Part shown: in pieces, positions 28,963 through 38,841 of the stretch
Layout of the letters: the number at the start of each line of letters is the position of its first letter
Position numbering within the stretch: position 1 is the first letter of the stretch
NCBI GenBank assembly: GCA_019058315.1
Contig: JAHPZH010000002.1
Location: forward strand, 736,001 to 800,000
Direction of reading: 5' to 3'
DNA from: Candidatus Helarchaeota archaeon
Lineage (GTDB): Archaea; Asgardarchaeota; Lokiarchaeia; Helarchaeales; RDOG01
Length of the DNA: 64,000 nucleotides
Program-made: the position numbers and the translations under genes
The notes under the pieces: generated by a model
Seen by the model: only the letters and a program-made list of their open reading frames with translations
Told to the model about the DNA's origin: nothing
The model's database searches: none

Positions 28963-29463
28963 ATGAATTCTATCATTAAAGGAAGAGTTTGGAAATTTGG
29001 AGATAATATAGACACTGATATTATTATTCCTGGCAGATATTTAACACTTAGAGATCCTAATGAGATGGCATCTCATGCATTCGAACCTATCGACCAAGAA
29101 TTTGGTAAAAAAGTTAAAAAAGGAGATATAATTCTTGGAGGAAAGAACTTTGGATCTGGATCTAGTAGAGAAGAAGCTCCATTTGTTCTAAAACAATTAG
29201 GAATATCTGCCATTGTCGCGGAATCTTTTGCTCGTATTTTTTTTAGAAATGCTATAAATTTAGGAATTCCTTTAATTGAGATTAAAGAAATTTCAAAAAA
29301 AGTCAAAGCTGGACAGGAAATTGAAATAGATCTTCCTAATGGTACCTTAAAAAACTTAGAATCCCAAGAAATTTTTAAATATGCTCCAATTCCAGATTTT
29401 CTTATGGATATTCTTCAAGCTGGAGGGGCAATAGAAGCGATTAAAAAAAGAATAAAGAAATAA
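28963..29463 (+). CDS. leuD: 3-isopropylmalate dehydratase/homoaconitase small subunit
   Basis: GDNIDTDIIIPGRYL, NFGSGSSREEA, SFARIFFRN; LeuD vs HacB not resolvable by eye. Confidence 0.88.
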   Translation: MNSIIKGRVWKFGDNIDTDIIIPGRYLTLRDPNEMASHAFEPIDQEFGKKVKKGDIILGGKNFGSGSSREEAPFVLKQLGISAIVAESFARIFFRNAINLGIPLIEIKEISKKVKAGQEIEIDLPNGTLKNLESQEIFKYAPIPDFLMDILQAGGAIEAIKKRIKK

Positions 29464-29475
29464 GGAGTTAAAAAT

Positions 29476-30726
29476 TTGCCAACTATTGCTGAAAAGATTT
29501 TTACATCACACTCTGATAATGAAAAAGTAGAACCTGGTCAAATTATTAATGCTAAAGTAGATATTATTATGGTTCATGATATGCTTGGAATGCGTGTAGT
29601 TGATACTTTTGAAAAAATTGGAATAGATAAAGTAAAGAATCCAGATCGCATAGTTGCACTTTTAGATCACTGGGTTCCTCCAAATACTATTGATTCTGCA
29701 ATTATAAATAAATCTTCAAGGGAATTCATAAAAAAACATGGCATTAAAAATTATTTAGGTATGGATAAAGGTATTTGTCATCAAATTGTCCCTGAAAACG
29801 GCTTTATATGGCCTGGTGCTTTAATAGTAGGAACTGATAGTCATACTTGCACTTATGGAGCATTTGGAGCATTTTCTACAGGTATTGGATCAACTGATTG
29901 TGCAGTTCTATTCGCTGAAGAAAAATTATGGTTTAAAGTGCCAGAGACCATATTATACAAAATACAAGGAAAAATTCCCAATATGGTTTTTGGAAAAGAC
30001 ATAATCCTCAAATTGATAACTGATATAGGTGTTGATGGGGCTACATATAAATCCGTAGAATTTACTGGGGATGCAATTAATGAACTTAGTATTGATGGTA
30101 GAATGACCATGTGCAACATGGGTATAGAGATGGGTGCAAAAGCAGCTATTATTCCGCCAGACCAAAAAACTATTGATTGGTTAAAAAATCGTGTAAAACA
30201 TGATTATAGTATTGTAAAATCAGATCCTGATGCCAACTTCGAAAAAATAATTAATTTGGATATATCCAATCTAGCACCTCAAGTAGCAAAACCACATAGT
30301 CCAGGAAATGCTGTTGCTGTTAGTGAAGTTGAGGGAGTTAAAGTCGATCAATGTTTTATTGGAAGTTGTACCAATGGAAGGTTTGAAGATTTAGAAATTG
30401 CTGCGAAACTTCTGCGTGGAAAAAAAATTCATGATGATGTAAGATTAATAATAACAGCTGCATCTAAAGAAATATATACCGAAGCTTTGCATCAAGGATT
30501 GATTGAGCTTTTTATAAATGTAGGGGCAATTGTTACTCATCCTACATGTGGCGTATGCCTTGGTATTTTCGGGACTCTTGCTCCAGGAGAAGTTAGTCTT
30601 TCTTCCAGTAATCGCAATTTTATAGGTAGACAAGGCAGTCGGGAGGCAAAAATATATTTATCATCCGCAGCCACAGTGGCAGCTAGTGCTATCAAAGGCG
30701 AAATTACAGACCCAAGAACAATTTAA
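29476..30726 (+). CDS. leuC: 3-isopropylmalate dehydratase/homoaconitase large subunit
   Basis: DH, GICHQ, GTDSHTCTYGA, IGSCTNGR, CGVCLG, SNRNF. Confidence 0.9.
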   Translation: MPTIAEKIFTSHSDNEKVEPGQIINAKVDIIMVHDMLGMRVVDTFEKIGIDKVKNPDRIVALLDHWVPPNTIDSAIINKSSREFIKKHGIKNYLGMDKGICHQIVPENGFIWPGALIVGTDSHTCTYGAFGAFSTGIGSTDCAVLFAEEKLWFKVPETILYKIQGKIPNMVFGKDIILKLITDIGVDGATYKSVEFTGDAINELSIDGRMTMCNMGIEMGAKAAIIPPDQKTIDWLKNRVKHDYSIVKSDPDANFEKIINLDISNLAPQVAKPHSPGNAVAVSEVEGVKVDQCFIGSCTNGRFEDLEIAAKLLRGKKIHDDVRLIITAASKEIYTEALHQGLIELFINVGAIVTHPTCGVCLGIFGTLAPGEVSLSSSNRNFIGRQGSREAKIYLSSAATVAASAIKGEITDPRTI

Positions 30727-30733
30727 TTTGCCT

Positions 30734-31186
30734 TTATTTTGTAAAAAGTTCAGGTTTTAAAAATATCTCTTTAAACGCAGATTTTAAAATATTTTCTAAG
30801 TTTTTTTTATCATTAAAATAAAATAAATGCGTTTTACACCCCGCTTTACAGTCAGAATTTCCAAAATCTTTGAATAAATTTGAATTTGAATAAGCCATTA
30901 TTTTAGATGAGAGTTCACATTCTTTTTTCTGATCTGTTTTAGTATAGTAAGCTTTTTCAGCTTCAACATTTGGGTTATTTAATAAATAATCAATATGCCA
31001 AAAAAGCGTCTTATTATTTGAGAAATGACGTTTTAACCGATTTTCGATATTAGTTGAATAATTTCCAAGAGCAGAACCAACATAAATATAATAACCCGGC
31101 AAAAAAATATATTTTTTCTTTTTTCCGATATTTAAACTGATCTCTTTTCTGACATTAATTATGATGGCATAGATTCCTTTAGTCAT
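30734..31186 (-). CDS. GIY-YIG nuclease family protein (DUF123)
   Basis: GIY, YIYVGSA, RLKRH, WHIDY, FGNSDC..C.THL. Confidence 0.85.
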   Translation of the reverse strand: MTKGIYAIIINVRKEISLNIGKKKKYIFLPGYYIYVGSALGNYSTNIENRLKRHFSNNKTLFWHIDYLLNNPNVEAEKAYYTKTDQKKECELSSKIMAYSNSNLFKDFGNSDCKAGCKTHLFYFNDKKNLENILKSAFKEIFLKPELFTK

Positions 31187-31220
31187 TTTATAAGTTTTTA
31201 TAGATCTTTTTTTTAGAAGG

Positions 31221-31994
31221 TTATGCTGAAGCTCTTTTCGGTTTTGCTCTTTTAACTTTCTTATCCTTGCCTTCTATAACTTCTTCAGCTTTAGTTACTT
31301 TTTCAATATTATTAAGGGCTTCTTTTGCGACATCTCGAACGATTCCGCTTTCATCTTTTGCCTGTGCTTTTATTTGAGGGATTGGGTCGACTGTTGGTTT
31401 TACTGGAGCTTGAGTTCTTATTTTTTCCAATGTATCTGTTGCAGCAGCTCTAATTTGTTCATTTTGGGCATTTAATAATTTTGTAAGATAAGGAATAAGA
31501 ATATCATTCACTTCTGGAAATTTAATTCCAAAATTCCCTAATTCTAGAACATATCTCCATCTATCCGGGTCTTCTTTATTCTTTAAGCTGTCCATAATTA
31601 CATTTATAAATTTATTAGGAGCTTTAATCCGAATTAGCTCCAAAGTTTGTTTTATTTTTGTATATACACTTTGATTATTTAATTCCCTAATAAGGTCAGG
31701 GACGATATTTACGAAACTTTCGGGCATTTTAGCGATGATATCAGAAAAGATGTTGATTAGAATTTCATAATCTTCTTCACTTTGTCTTTTTGCGAGATCA
31801 ATTATTAATGGTGCGACATTTGGATACTTAATCCCGATTTGTGTAAACTCTGTTACACATTCAGCCCGAGTCTCCTCCTCTTTACTATTTATATAACAAT
31901 CTATAAGATAAGTTAATACTTCTTCAAATTTTTCCTTTTTTAGGAGTTTTTTAATTTGTTCAATATCTAACAAATATATCTCCGTTCTGGGCAA
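31221..31994 (-). CDS. HEAT-repeat protein
   Basis: IPYLTKLLNAQNEQIRAAATDTLEKI and KDESGIVRDVAKEAL. Confidence 0.7.
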   Translation of the reverse strand: MPRTEIYLLDIEQIKKLLKKEKFEEVLTYLIDCYINSKEEETRAECVTEFTQIGIKYPNVAPLIIDLAKRQSEEDYEILINIFSDIIAKMPESFVNIVPDLIRELNNQSVYTKIKQTLELIRIKAPNKFINVIMDSLKNKEDPDRWRYVLELGNFGIKFPEVNDILIPYLTKLLNAQNEQIRAAATDTLEKIRTQAPVKPTVDPIPQIKAQAKDESGIVRDVAKEALNNIEKVTKAEEVIEGKDKKVKRAKPKRASA

Positions 31995-32259
31995 AAGATA
32001 AGGATTAATTTATTAAGTATAATATTCTTTTAAATACTTTCTATTCCTTTATAAAGGAAATTCGACAAAAATTTGATTTATATAAATAGAGAATTTTAAC
32101 AATATTTAAAAACATTATTAGAAATTTTATTTACTTCATTTTTATTGATATTATTCATTTTATATGATATTCTAGAAAAAAATAGGAATAAATGTTATTG
32201 AGAAGAATGTAATTATAGTAAATAAGTTATTAAAATAAAGAAATTCAAGGGTTTTTAAT

Positions 32260-33282
32260 TTGAAAATCGGTGAATTAGGTGAAATAGGAATTATAAAAAT
32301 ATTCCAAGAGGAATTTTCTTCGCTTCCACATATTATATTGGGGCTCAAGACTCCCACGGGAATTTATGAAGATACTGGTGTAATTGATCTTAAGGATGGT
32401 AATGTATTAATTGTAACTACTGATTTAATAGGTAAAAAGACACATATGCCTCCAGAAATGACACCTAGACAAATGGGAAGAAAATCTGTGATTGTTAATA
32501 TTAGTGATTTAGCTGCCATGGGAGCGAAACCCTTAGGTTTGGTTATGAGTATAGGACTTCCAAGTGATTTAGATGCTGAAGATCTTAAAGAAATTGCAAT
32601 TGGAATGAACCAAGCCGCAGAAGAGTATGAAACTTGTGTATTTGGAGGGGATACTAACATGACTGATGATGTTATATTAGCTGGGACTGCAATTGGAATT
32701 ATTAAAAAGGAAGATTTATTAACTAGACATTCAGCAAAGCCAGGTGATATTGTTGCTGTAACTGGGTATTTAGGTTCTTCGGCAGCAGGATTACAGATTT
32801 TGATGCAAAACTTAGCCGTAAGTCCTGAAATTAAGAAAAAATTAACTAAATACACGTTAGAACCTAAGGCGCAATTAAAAATTGCAATGGAATTGAGTAA
32901 AATCAAAGGAATAACGGCTTCTGGAGATATTACGGACGGGTTAGCTTGGGAACTCCACAAAGTTGCAGCAGCAAGTGGTTGTGGTATAAAAATTGAAGAA
33001 ATCAAACTCCCCACTCTCCAAGAAACTAAAAAAGTCTCAAAAGAGTTTGATCTGGATCTACTGGAACTTATTATGCATATTGGAGAAGATTTCGAGTTAA
33101 TATTAACAATTAACCCAAAAAAATGGGAAAAAGTTCAAGAAATTAGTAAAAAAAATAATATTAAAATAAGTCAAATAGGTCATGTCACAGATAAAAAAAA
33201 TGAAGTAACTATGTTAGATAAAAATGGAAATCTAATTAATCTCAAAAAGAAAGGATATGATCAATTTTTAACTCGGAGTTGA
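32260..33282 (+). CDS. thiL: Thiamine-monophosphate kinase
   Basis: MKIGELGE, NISDLAAMGAKP, GGDT, DITDGL, GEDFEL. Confidence 0.92.
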   Translation: MKIGELGEIGIIKIFQEEFSSLPHIILGLKTPTGIYEDTGVIDLKDGNVLIVTTDLIGKKTHMPPEMTPRQMGRKSVIVNISDLAAMGAKPLGLVMSIGLPSDLDAEDLKEIAIGMNQAAEEYETCVFGGDTNMTDDVILAGTAIGIIKKEDLLTRHSAKPGDIVAVTGYLGSSAAGLQILMQNLAVSPEIKKKLTKYTLEPKAQLKIAMELSKIKGITASGDITDGLAWELHKVAAASGCGIKIEEIKLPTLQETKKVSKEFDLDLLELIMHIGEDFELILTINPKKWEKVQEISKKNNIKISQIGHVTDKKNEVTMLDKNGNLINLKKKGYDQFLTRS

Positions 33283-33288
33283 TATTCC

Positions 33289-34287
33289 ATTTCACTTCAA
33301 TCAAAAAATCGAAATATTATAGCAAAATTATACGCCCAAGCATATGATGCATTTGAAGCAAAGGATTATAAGAAAGCTATTGGTTTTTGGAAAAAAGCGA
33401 TTAAAAAATGTAAAAAAATTAGTGATAATGAACTATTAGCAAAACTGCATTTAGGATTAGGAATGGGATATACTCAAGATAGAGAGTTTGAAAATGCATT
33501 AATAAATTTTCAAAAAGCTCTAGAATTATATAAAAAGACTAAAAATTCGTTAAAACAAGCCCATAGTTTGTATTTTATTGGAAAGATGTATTTAAAATTA
33601 AAAAATTATGAAATTGCAAATCAAAATTATAATGAAGCTTTAGATATTGCTCAAAATTTGAAAAATCAAGAATTAAAAGCTGATATTTTATTTGATAAAG
33701 CTTCAGTGGCGAGTTCTCAAAAGAAATTCAATAAAAGCTTGAACATTTATAGGCAAACACTTAAAATTTATAAAAAAATTGATAATACTGTCGAACAAGG
33801 AGAAACATTATTCGAAATTGGTAAGATTTTAAGAGAAATGGATGAGGAACATTATCAAGAAGCGTTAAAGAATTTTAAAAATGCATTAAAAATTATGGTG
33901 AGAGAAAGAAAGCTTAAAAACGAGATAGATTGCAGAATTCAAATTGCAGATCTCCTTATACTTACAGATCAGCCAGAAGAGGCCTTAGATTATTATCAAA
34001 AAGCAATAAAGAAGAGCAAAGCAAGCAAAAATATATTAGGAGAGGTTGAAGCATACTTTGGCAAGGGAAAAGCTTTATTTGAACTAAAAAAATACAAAGA
34101 AGCTATTAGGCTCTTTCAATTGGCTTATGATTTTTATCAAAAAATTAAATATTTAAAGGGTGAGGTTGCTGCTCTTACGTATCTAAGTAACTCATATGAA
34201 AAATTAGGGGACGCCGAATTGACAAAAAAATTTAAAAAATTAGCCCAAGAACAATCAAAAAAATTAGAGAAAATAAATAAAAGTTAA
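33289..34287 (+). CDS. Tetratricopeptide repeat protein; probable ATT start at 33289 (first ATG at 33463)
   Basis: TPR repeats throughout; the frame is open back to the thiL stop and encodes a further TPR-like unit (AKLYAQAYDAFEAKDYRKAIGFWKKAI). Confidence 0.75.
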   Translation: MSLQSKNRNIIAKLYAQAYDAFEAKDYKKAIGFWKKAIKKCKKISDNELLAKLHLGLGMGYTQDREFENALINFQKALELYKKTKNSLKQAHSLYFIGKMYLKLKNYEIANQNYNEALDIAQNLKNQELKADILFDKASVASSQKKFNKSLNIYRQTLKIYKKIDNTVEQGETLFEIGKILREMDEEHYQEALKNFKNALKIMVRERKLKNEIDCRIQIADLLILTDQPEEALDYYQKAIKKSKASKNILGEVEAYFGKGKALFELKKYKEAIRLFQLAYDFYQKIKYLKGEVAALTYLSNSYEKLGDAELTKKFKKLAQEQSKKLEKINKS

Positions 34288-34447
34288 TTATTTTAGAATG
34301 AAATTTGAGAAAAATTATTTATAATAAACTAATTTTTGTATTATCGATGATTTTTTTAAGATCTAATAAAAAAAATAATTGTTAATAACTGAAAATTTTT
34401 ATATTAATGAGTAGTTAAATAAAATATTTACAAAAGAGGTAAATATC

Positions 34448-35167
34448 ATGTCACAAGACGTTGACGAAGTTATTTTGAGGACTTATCCAAAGATAATCTT
34501 TTTCTGGCCAACAGCCTTAGCAAGCGCAATTTTAGGTATGATTGGTCAACTTAGCCCAGCTTTCAACCCAGGAATATGGCAGACGCTATTTATCGATATG
34601 GGGTTTCAAATCGATTGGAGAATAATATTAGGTCTTATATGGTTTGCTAACTTCGCGGGAAATCTGTTCGTTGTTTCCTTTGAATATAATAGCGCAAAAG
34701 TTGTAGCAATAGTTCTTGCTGTAGTAGTTGGGGTGCTAGTGGTAATATTGGTGATGGCTTATGCACCAAATGCGAGTCAAAATCTTCCGACATTTTCAAT
34801 AAATGACTTTCCTCTAACCATGTCATGGGCTTTTTATTACTCTATCGCCGGATTACTTGGAATTACTTTTGCTTTTATTTGGATTGAAAAGCGTTGGGAT
34901 TATTATAAAATAACATCACAAGACATTGTCCACAAATCTGGTATATTCGGAGATTTAGAAAGATTCCCTGCCCCTAATATTCATATTCACAAGAGAATTT
35001 CGGATGTTTTTGAATATTTATTGTTAAAATCTGGTGAATTGACAATTATACCTGCACAACGGACTTCAGTAATTCATCTACCTAATGTGCTTAACATCAA
35101 TGAAATTGAAAAAAATATACACGAAGTACTTGGGACTCTAGAGGTAGAAATGGACGATAACACCTAA
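34448..35167 (+). CDS. Four-TM membrane protein with a C-terminal bacterial PH (bPH_2)-like domain
   Basis: Hydrophobic helices then WDYYKITSQDIVHKSGIFG...LLKSGELTI...LPNV; paralog of 52225..52947. Confidence 0.7.
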   Translation: MSQDVDEVILRTYPKIIFFWPTALASAILGMIGQLSPAFNPGIWQTLFIDMGFQIDWRIILGLIWFANFAGNLFVVSFEYNSAKVVAIVLAVVVGVLVVILVMAYAPNASQNLPTFSINDFPLTMSWAFYYSIAGLLGITFAFIWIEKRWDYYKITSQDIVHKSGIFGDLERFPAPNIHIHKRISDVFEYLLLKSGELTIIPAQRTSVIHLPNVLNINEIEKNIHEVLGTLEVEMDDNT

Positions 35168-35268
35168 TTTAATCTTTGGATAGTTAAAATTTCTATTATT
35201 TTTATTTTTTTTAAACTAAAGAAGTAACTTAATTTCAAACTTCTACTAAATTATTAAAGTATTTACTA

Positions 35269-35880
35269 TCATACCTCACTAGATAATGTTTCTAGTGCTA
35301 GTTCTAACCTATCATCATTGGTTCCATCTAATTCAGTTACCTCTAGATTCCATTCTTTAATAAGTTCTTTAATTATTTGATCAATTTCTTTTTGGAATTG
35401 TTTTGTGGTATCTCTAAATCCATCATCCTCTAATTTCTTCTTAGGTATTTTTGCATAGAATAAGAAATTATACGTTTTTGCCCAATGTTGGCTTTTTATT
35501 CGCAATATTTCTAGATCATCTTTTGAGATTTTGCCCATTTTGGAAGCTCTTAATGCATATGCATAATTATCAATAGTTGTCCTGTCTGTTACTATTACAT
35601 TATATCGCTCATGTTTTTCTATTTCATCGATTATCTGTTTATTAAGAATCCAATACTGTGATAGAAAATTCGTCATTTGATTAATTGGAAAAGGGCATTC
35701 TCTAACTGATTCTTCTACAAAACCTACAAAAAGATGCTTGCTTTTTAATTTGGAACAAAGTGAAAAAGCTAAAGTGGTTTTACCAGTATCATGTGTTCCT
35801 AAAACGCCTATCTTTAGTTTTTTATGAGCTGTTAGGTATTCTATGATTCTTTTTTGAATGGGTGCGATTTTACTGGGCAA
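35269..35880 (-). CDS. NadR/AAA_28-like P-loop nucleotide kinase/ATPase
   Basis: GTHDTGKTT, ExxR, DRTTID.YAY, DDGFR. Confidence 0.8.
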   Translation of the reverse strand: MPSKIAPIQKRIIEYLTAHKKLKIGVLGTHDTGKTTLAFSLCSKLKSKHLFVGFVEESVRECPFPINQMTNFLSQYWILNKQIIDEIEKHERYNVIVTDRTTIDNYAYALRASKMGKISKDDLEILRIKSQHWAKTYNFLFYAKIPKKKLEDDGFRDTTKQFQKEIDQIIKELIKEWNLEVTELDGTNDDRLELALETLSSEV

Positions 35881-36053
35881 TTATAAATCAGACCTACTAA
35901 AGCAAGTTTTTAATTTTACTTTATCTTATAATATTTTTTAATTAGGTCAATATAATTAAAGGGTATTTTGCCAATTAATAAAAATTAAATTAATAATATT
36001 TGATTATTTTTAGGATATAAAAATTACAAAACCACAATATTAATGGTGATTAA

Positions 36054-36971
36054 ATGGCACAATATGAAACTCCTCAAAAAATATTTGAAATAAATGGAAT
36101 AAAATTTGGGGGTAAAGTTGGTGAAACTCCAATCGTTTTGATAGGAAGTATTTTTTATAAAAATCATAACATTCTTGAAGATCCTAAAAAAGGTATTTTT
36201 GATAAAAAAAAGGCTGAATCTTTGATTAATGCACAAGAAGAAATCTCAGATAAGACAGGTCTTCCACATGTAATTGATATCGGAGCGGAATATTCTGAAG
36301 CTATAATTAAATACATTGATTTTGTTACAAGTATTACTGATGCTACATTTTGTCCTGATGGGCCAACCCCTGAAATTAATATTCCAGCTGTGAATCATAT
36401 TGGCGAGGTAGGTTTGTCAGATAGGGTGATATATAATTCAATTGATCCGCACACTAAAGAAGAAGAGCTAAATGCAATAAAAAATGCGAAAATAACATCA
36501 GCTATATTATTAACCTTTCATTCAAAGTATATTTTTCCAGCAAAAAAAGTAAAATTATTAGAAGGTGATGAAAACATTGAGGGGTTATTAGTAAAAGCTG
36601 AAAGAGCTGGAATAGATAAACCATTAATCGATACCGCAACTTTGGATGTTCCTTCAGTTGGTATATGTGCGAGAACTATTAAATTAATAAAAGAAGAACT
36701 TGGCTTACCCGCTGGTGCAGGAGCCCATAATGCACTACATACATGGACTAGGAAAAAGGAATTCGGAGATGCTGTTAAATCAATAAGTAATGTAATTATT
36801 AATACTATACCTCAAGCTGTGGGTGCAGATTTCTTATTAATTGGTCCTATTGACCGAGCTAAGGAAATTTTCCCAACAATTGCGCTTAATGATGTAGTAC
36901 TTAATTATATTGCAGCAAGAATTGATAGAATAAAAGTTGATAGAACAGGTCCAATCTCAAAAATATTTTAA
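36054..36971 (+). CDS. mtrH: MtrH-family (tetrahydromethanopterin S-methyltransferase subunit H-like) methyltransferase
   Basis: GGKVGETPIVLIGSIFYKNH, IYNSI, LIDTA, GLPAGAGAHN, GADFLLIGPI. Confidence 0.8.
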   Translation: MAQYETPQKIFEINGIKFGGKVGETPIVLIGSIFYKNHNILEDPKKGIFDKKKAESLINAQEEISDKTGLPHVIDIGAEYSEAIIKYIDFVTSITDATFCPDGPTPEINIPAVNHIGEVGLSDRVIYNSIDPHTKEEELNAIKNAKITSAILLTFHSKYIFPAKKVKLLEGDENIEGLLVKAERAGIDKPLIDTATLDVPSVGICARTIKLIKEELGLPAGAGAHNALHTWTRKKEFGDAVKSISNVIINTIPQAVGADFLLIGPIDRAKEIFPTIALNDVVLNYIAARIDRIKVDRTGPISKIF

Positions 36972-36997
36972 TTATTTATTTTTTTGATGAATTTGGT

Positions 36998-38347
36998 TTG
37001 AAGAAATTTCTATTCGTACTTGGAAAAAATCAGATAGTATCTTTATGTGAGATTTCACATCTTCTACAATTTGAACCTTACAAAGGTAAAATTATTGATT
37101 ATTCAAAACAAATTGGAATTATAGAATTTGAGGAAATAAAAAAAACGGAATCGCTTCGTGAATTACAATATAGGTTAGGTGGTATCCAAAAAATTTGTGA
37201 AATTATTGGAGATTATCCTAAGAAGATCTTTATTGAAGGATTTCCTATTCAAAAGCAGCCAAAAAAATTTAAGAGAGCCAGAACTTCCATAGAAAACGAT
37301 TTAATCCCTAAAATATTACCCCACATTTTTCTCAATATACAAAATAAGAAAATAATGTTTGCAATAAGTGTTTATCCTTACCTTTTCTCAAAACCTGAAG
37401 TGAGTATTGGACATCTCATTCAATTCTTAAATCAATTTATAAAAAATCATCTAAAAAAAGATTTAAATAACGTTAAATATTTCAAATATCCCGATAACCT
37501 TTTAAAATCTAAAAATTTGAACCCTATTTGGCCTCATCATGTTTTGGTTTACTCATTGTTAGAATTTCCAAATGCTGAAATAATTTTAGGGTTTACTAAA
37601 AGCAAGTGCTATATAGCAAAAACAATTGCTGTTGATAACCCTAATTTGAGGAAAGCAATCGATGAACACCGTCCCAAGACTCGGTTCGAAATCTCTATTC
37701 CCCCAAAACTCGCCAAAGTTCTTATTAATCTTTTATATTTACCTAAAAATGGTCTTTTGTTAGATCCTTTTTGTGGAACTGGGACGATTTTAATGATGGC
37801 TGCATTACAGGGGATTAATTTTTATGGAACTGATATAAACAAAGACCGAATAGAAGCTTCTATAAATAATCTCAATTGGCTAAAGAGAGAATTTAATTTA
37901 AATTTTCAATTAGATGCGAAAAATGTTTTTAATCTAGATTCTACAAAATTAGATTCGCATTTTAAAGAAAATTCAGTAGATGGAATAGCAACTGAGCCAT
38001 TTTTAGGCCCACCATTAAAATCTCCTCTTTTAAAAACTGAATATCAAAAAATAATCGATGAAGAAATTAAACCACTTTATGAAAAATCTTTGCTTAGCAT
38101 GAAAAGAATCCTAAAGAATAATGGTAATATAGCAATAATTTCTCCTGTATATAGAGAAATTGATAATAAATTAGTGGATTTCAATCTCTCAAAAATTGCT
38201 AAAAATATGGGTTTAAAAATAATAAAACTCTTACCACTTTCAAGGTTTGGTATTCAAAAAGAAATTAAATATAATAAGAATGCAGTTTTAATAAGAAAAG
38301 ATCAATATGTAATGCGAAAAATAAATTTATTCAAAAAAATTGAATAA
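36998..38347 (+). CDS. Trm11/TrmG10-like tRNA (guanine-N2) methyltransferase
   Basis: ISIPPKLAKVLINL, LDPFCGTGTIL, GTDI, ATEPFLG. Confidence 0.75.
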   Translation: MKKFLFVLGKNQIVSLCEISHLLQFEPYKGKIIDYSKQIGIIEFEEIKKTESLRELQYRLGGIQKICEIIGDYPKKIFIEGFPIQKQPKKFKRARTSIENDLIPKILPHIFLNIQNKKIMFAISVYPYLFSKPEVSIGHLIQFLNQFIKNHLKKDLNNVKYFKYPDNLLKSKNLNPIWPHHVLVYSLLEFPNAEIILGFTKSKCYIAKTIAVDNPNLRKAIDEHRPKTRFEISIPPKLAKVLINLLYLPKNGLLLDPFCGTGTILMMAALQGINFYGTDINKDRIEASINNLNWLKREFNLNFQLDAKNVFNLDSTKLDSHFKENSVDGIATEPFLGPPLKSPLLKTEYQKIIDEEIKPLYEKSLLSMKRILKNNGNIAIISPVYREIDNKLVDFNLSKIAKNMGLKIIKLLPLSRFGIQKEIKYNKNAVLIRKDQYVMRKINLFKKIE

Positions 38348-38377
38348 GATTTAATTCAAAATTTATGTGAGAAAAAA

Positions 38378-38668
38378 ATGACAACTGTTAAAGAAGAAAA
38401 AAAACTAAATAAACTATCTATTGATATTTTTGTCCCTTTAGATACATGTTCATGCGTTTATGAAAGTTTTATTCAACGAGTTTTTACAATTTTGTTGGAT
38501 TATATGGATAAAATAACATTTCAAACTAAATCGTTACATTCTGAAGAGGCCCGTAAACTTGGATTATTAGAAAATTGTGTTGTATTAGATGGAAAAAAAA
38601 TCATTACTAATTCCTTTTTTCTTAAAAAGGAAATACCAAAATTATTGAAAGAAAAAAATTTGATATAA
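38378..38668 (+). CDS. Small hypothetical protein, possibly thioredoxin-like, with a CxC motif
   Basis: 96-aa ORF, IDIFVPLDTCSCVY...EEARKLG...VVLDG. Confidence 0.6.
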   Translation: MTTVKEEKKLNKLSIDIFVPLDTCSCVYESFIQRVFTILLDYMDKITFQTKSLHSEEARKLGLLENCVVLDGKKIITNSFFLKKEIPKLLKEKNLI

Positions 38669-38841
38669 TTTAAAATAAAGTTGATATATTGATTGATTTT
38701 TATATCCCTAAAACTTATTTTAATGGACAAATGGTCAGAAAAAAAATAAATATTAAATCGAAATCTCTCAAAATCTATTTTTAACCAGATAATTTCTATT
38801 CTATGTATTTTATGTTTGTTTAGCAAAAAATTAAGTAAAAT

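Noticed and set aside
30734-31186. GIY-YIG gene as a homing endonuclease or mobile element
   Set aside because: It matches the common archaeal DUF123 type; no intron, intein or terminal repeats seen.
32364-33014. 216-aa minus-strand ORF
   Set aside because: Antisense shadow wholly inside thiL.
33280-33282. Selenocysteine at the thiL UGA
   Set aside because: The position is a non-catalytic junction, ThiL is already complete, and I could not identify a SECIS; ATT initiation is simpler.
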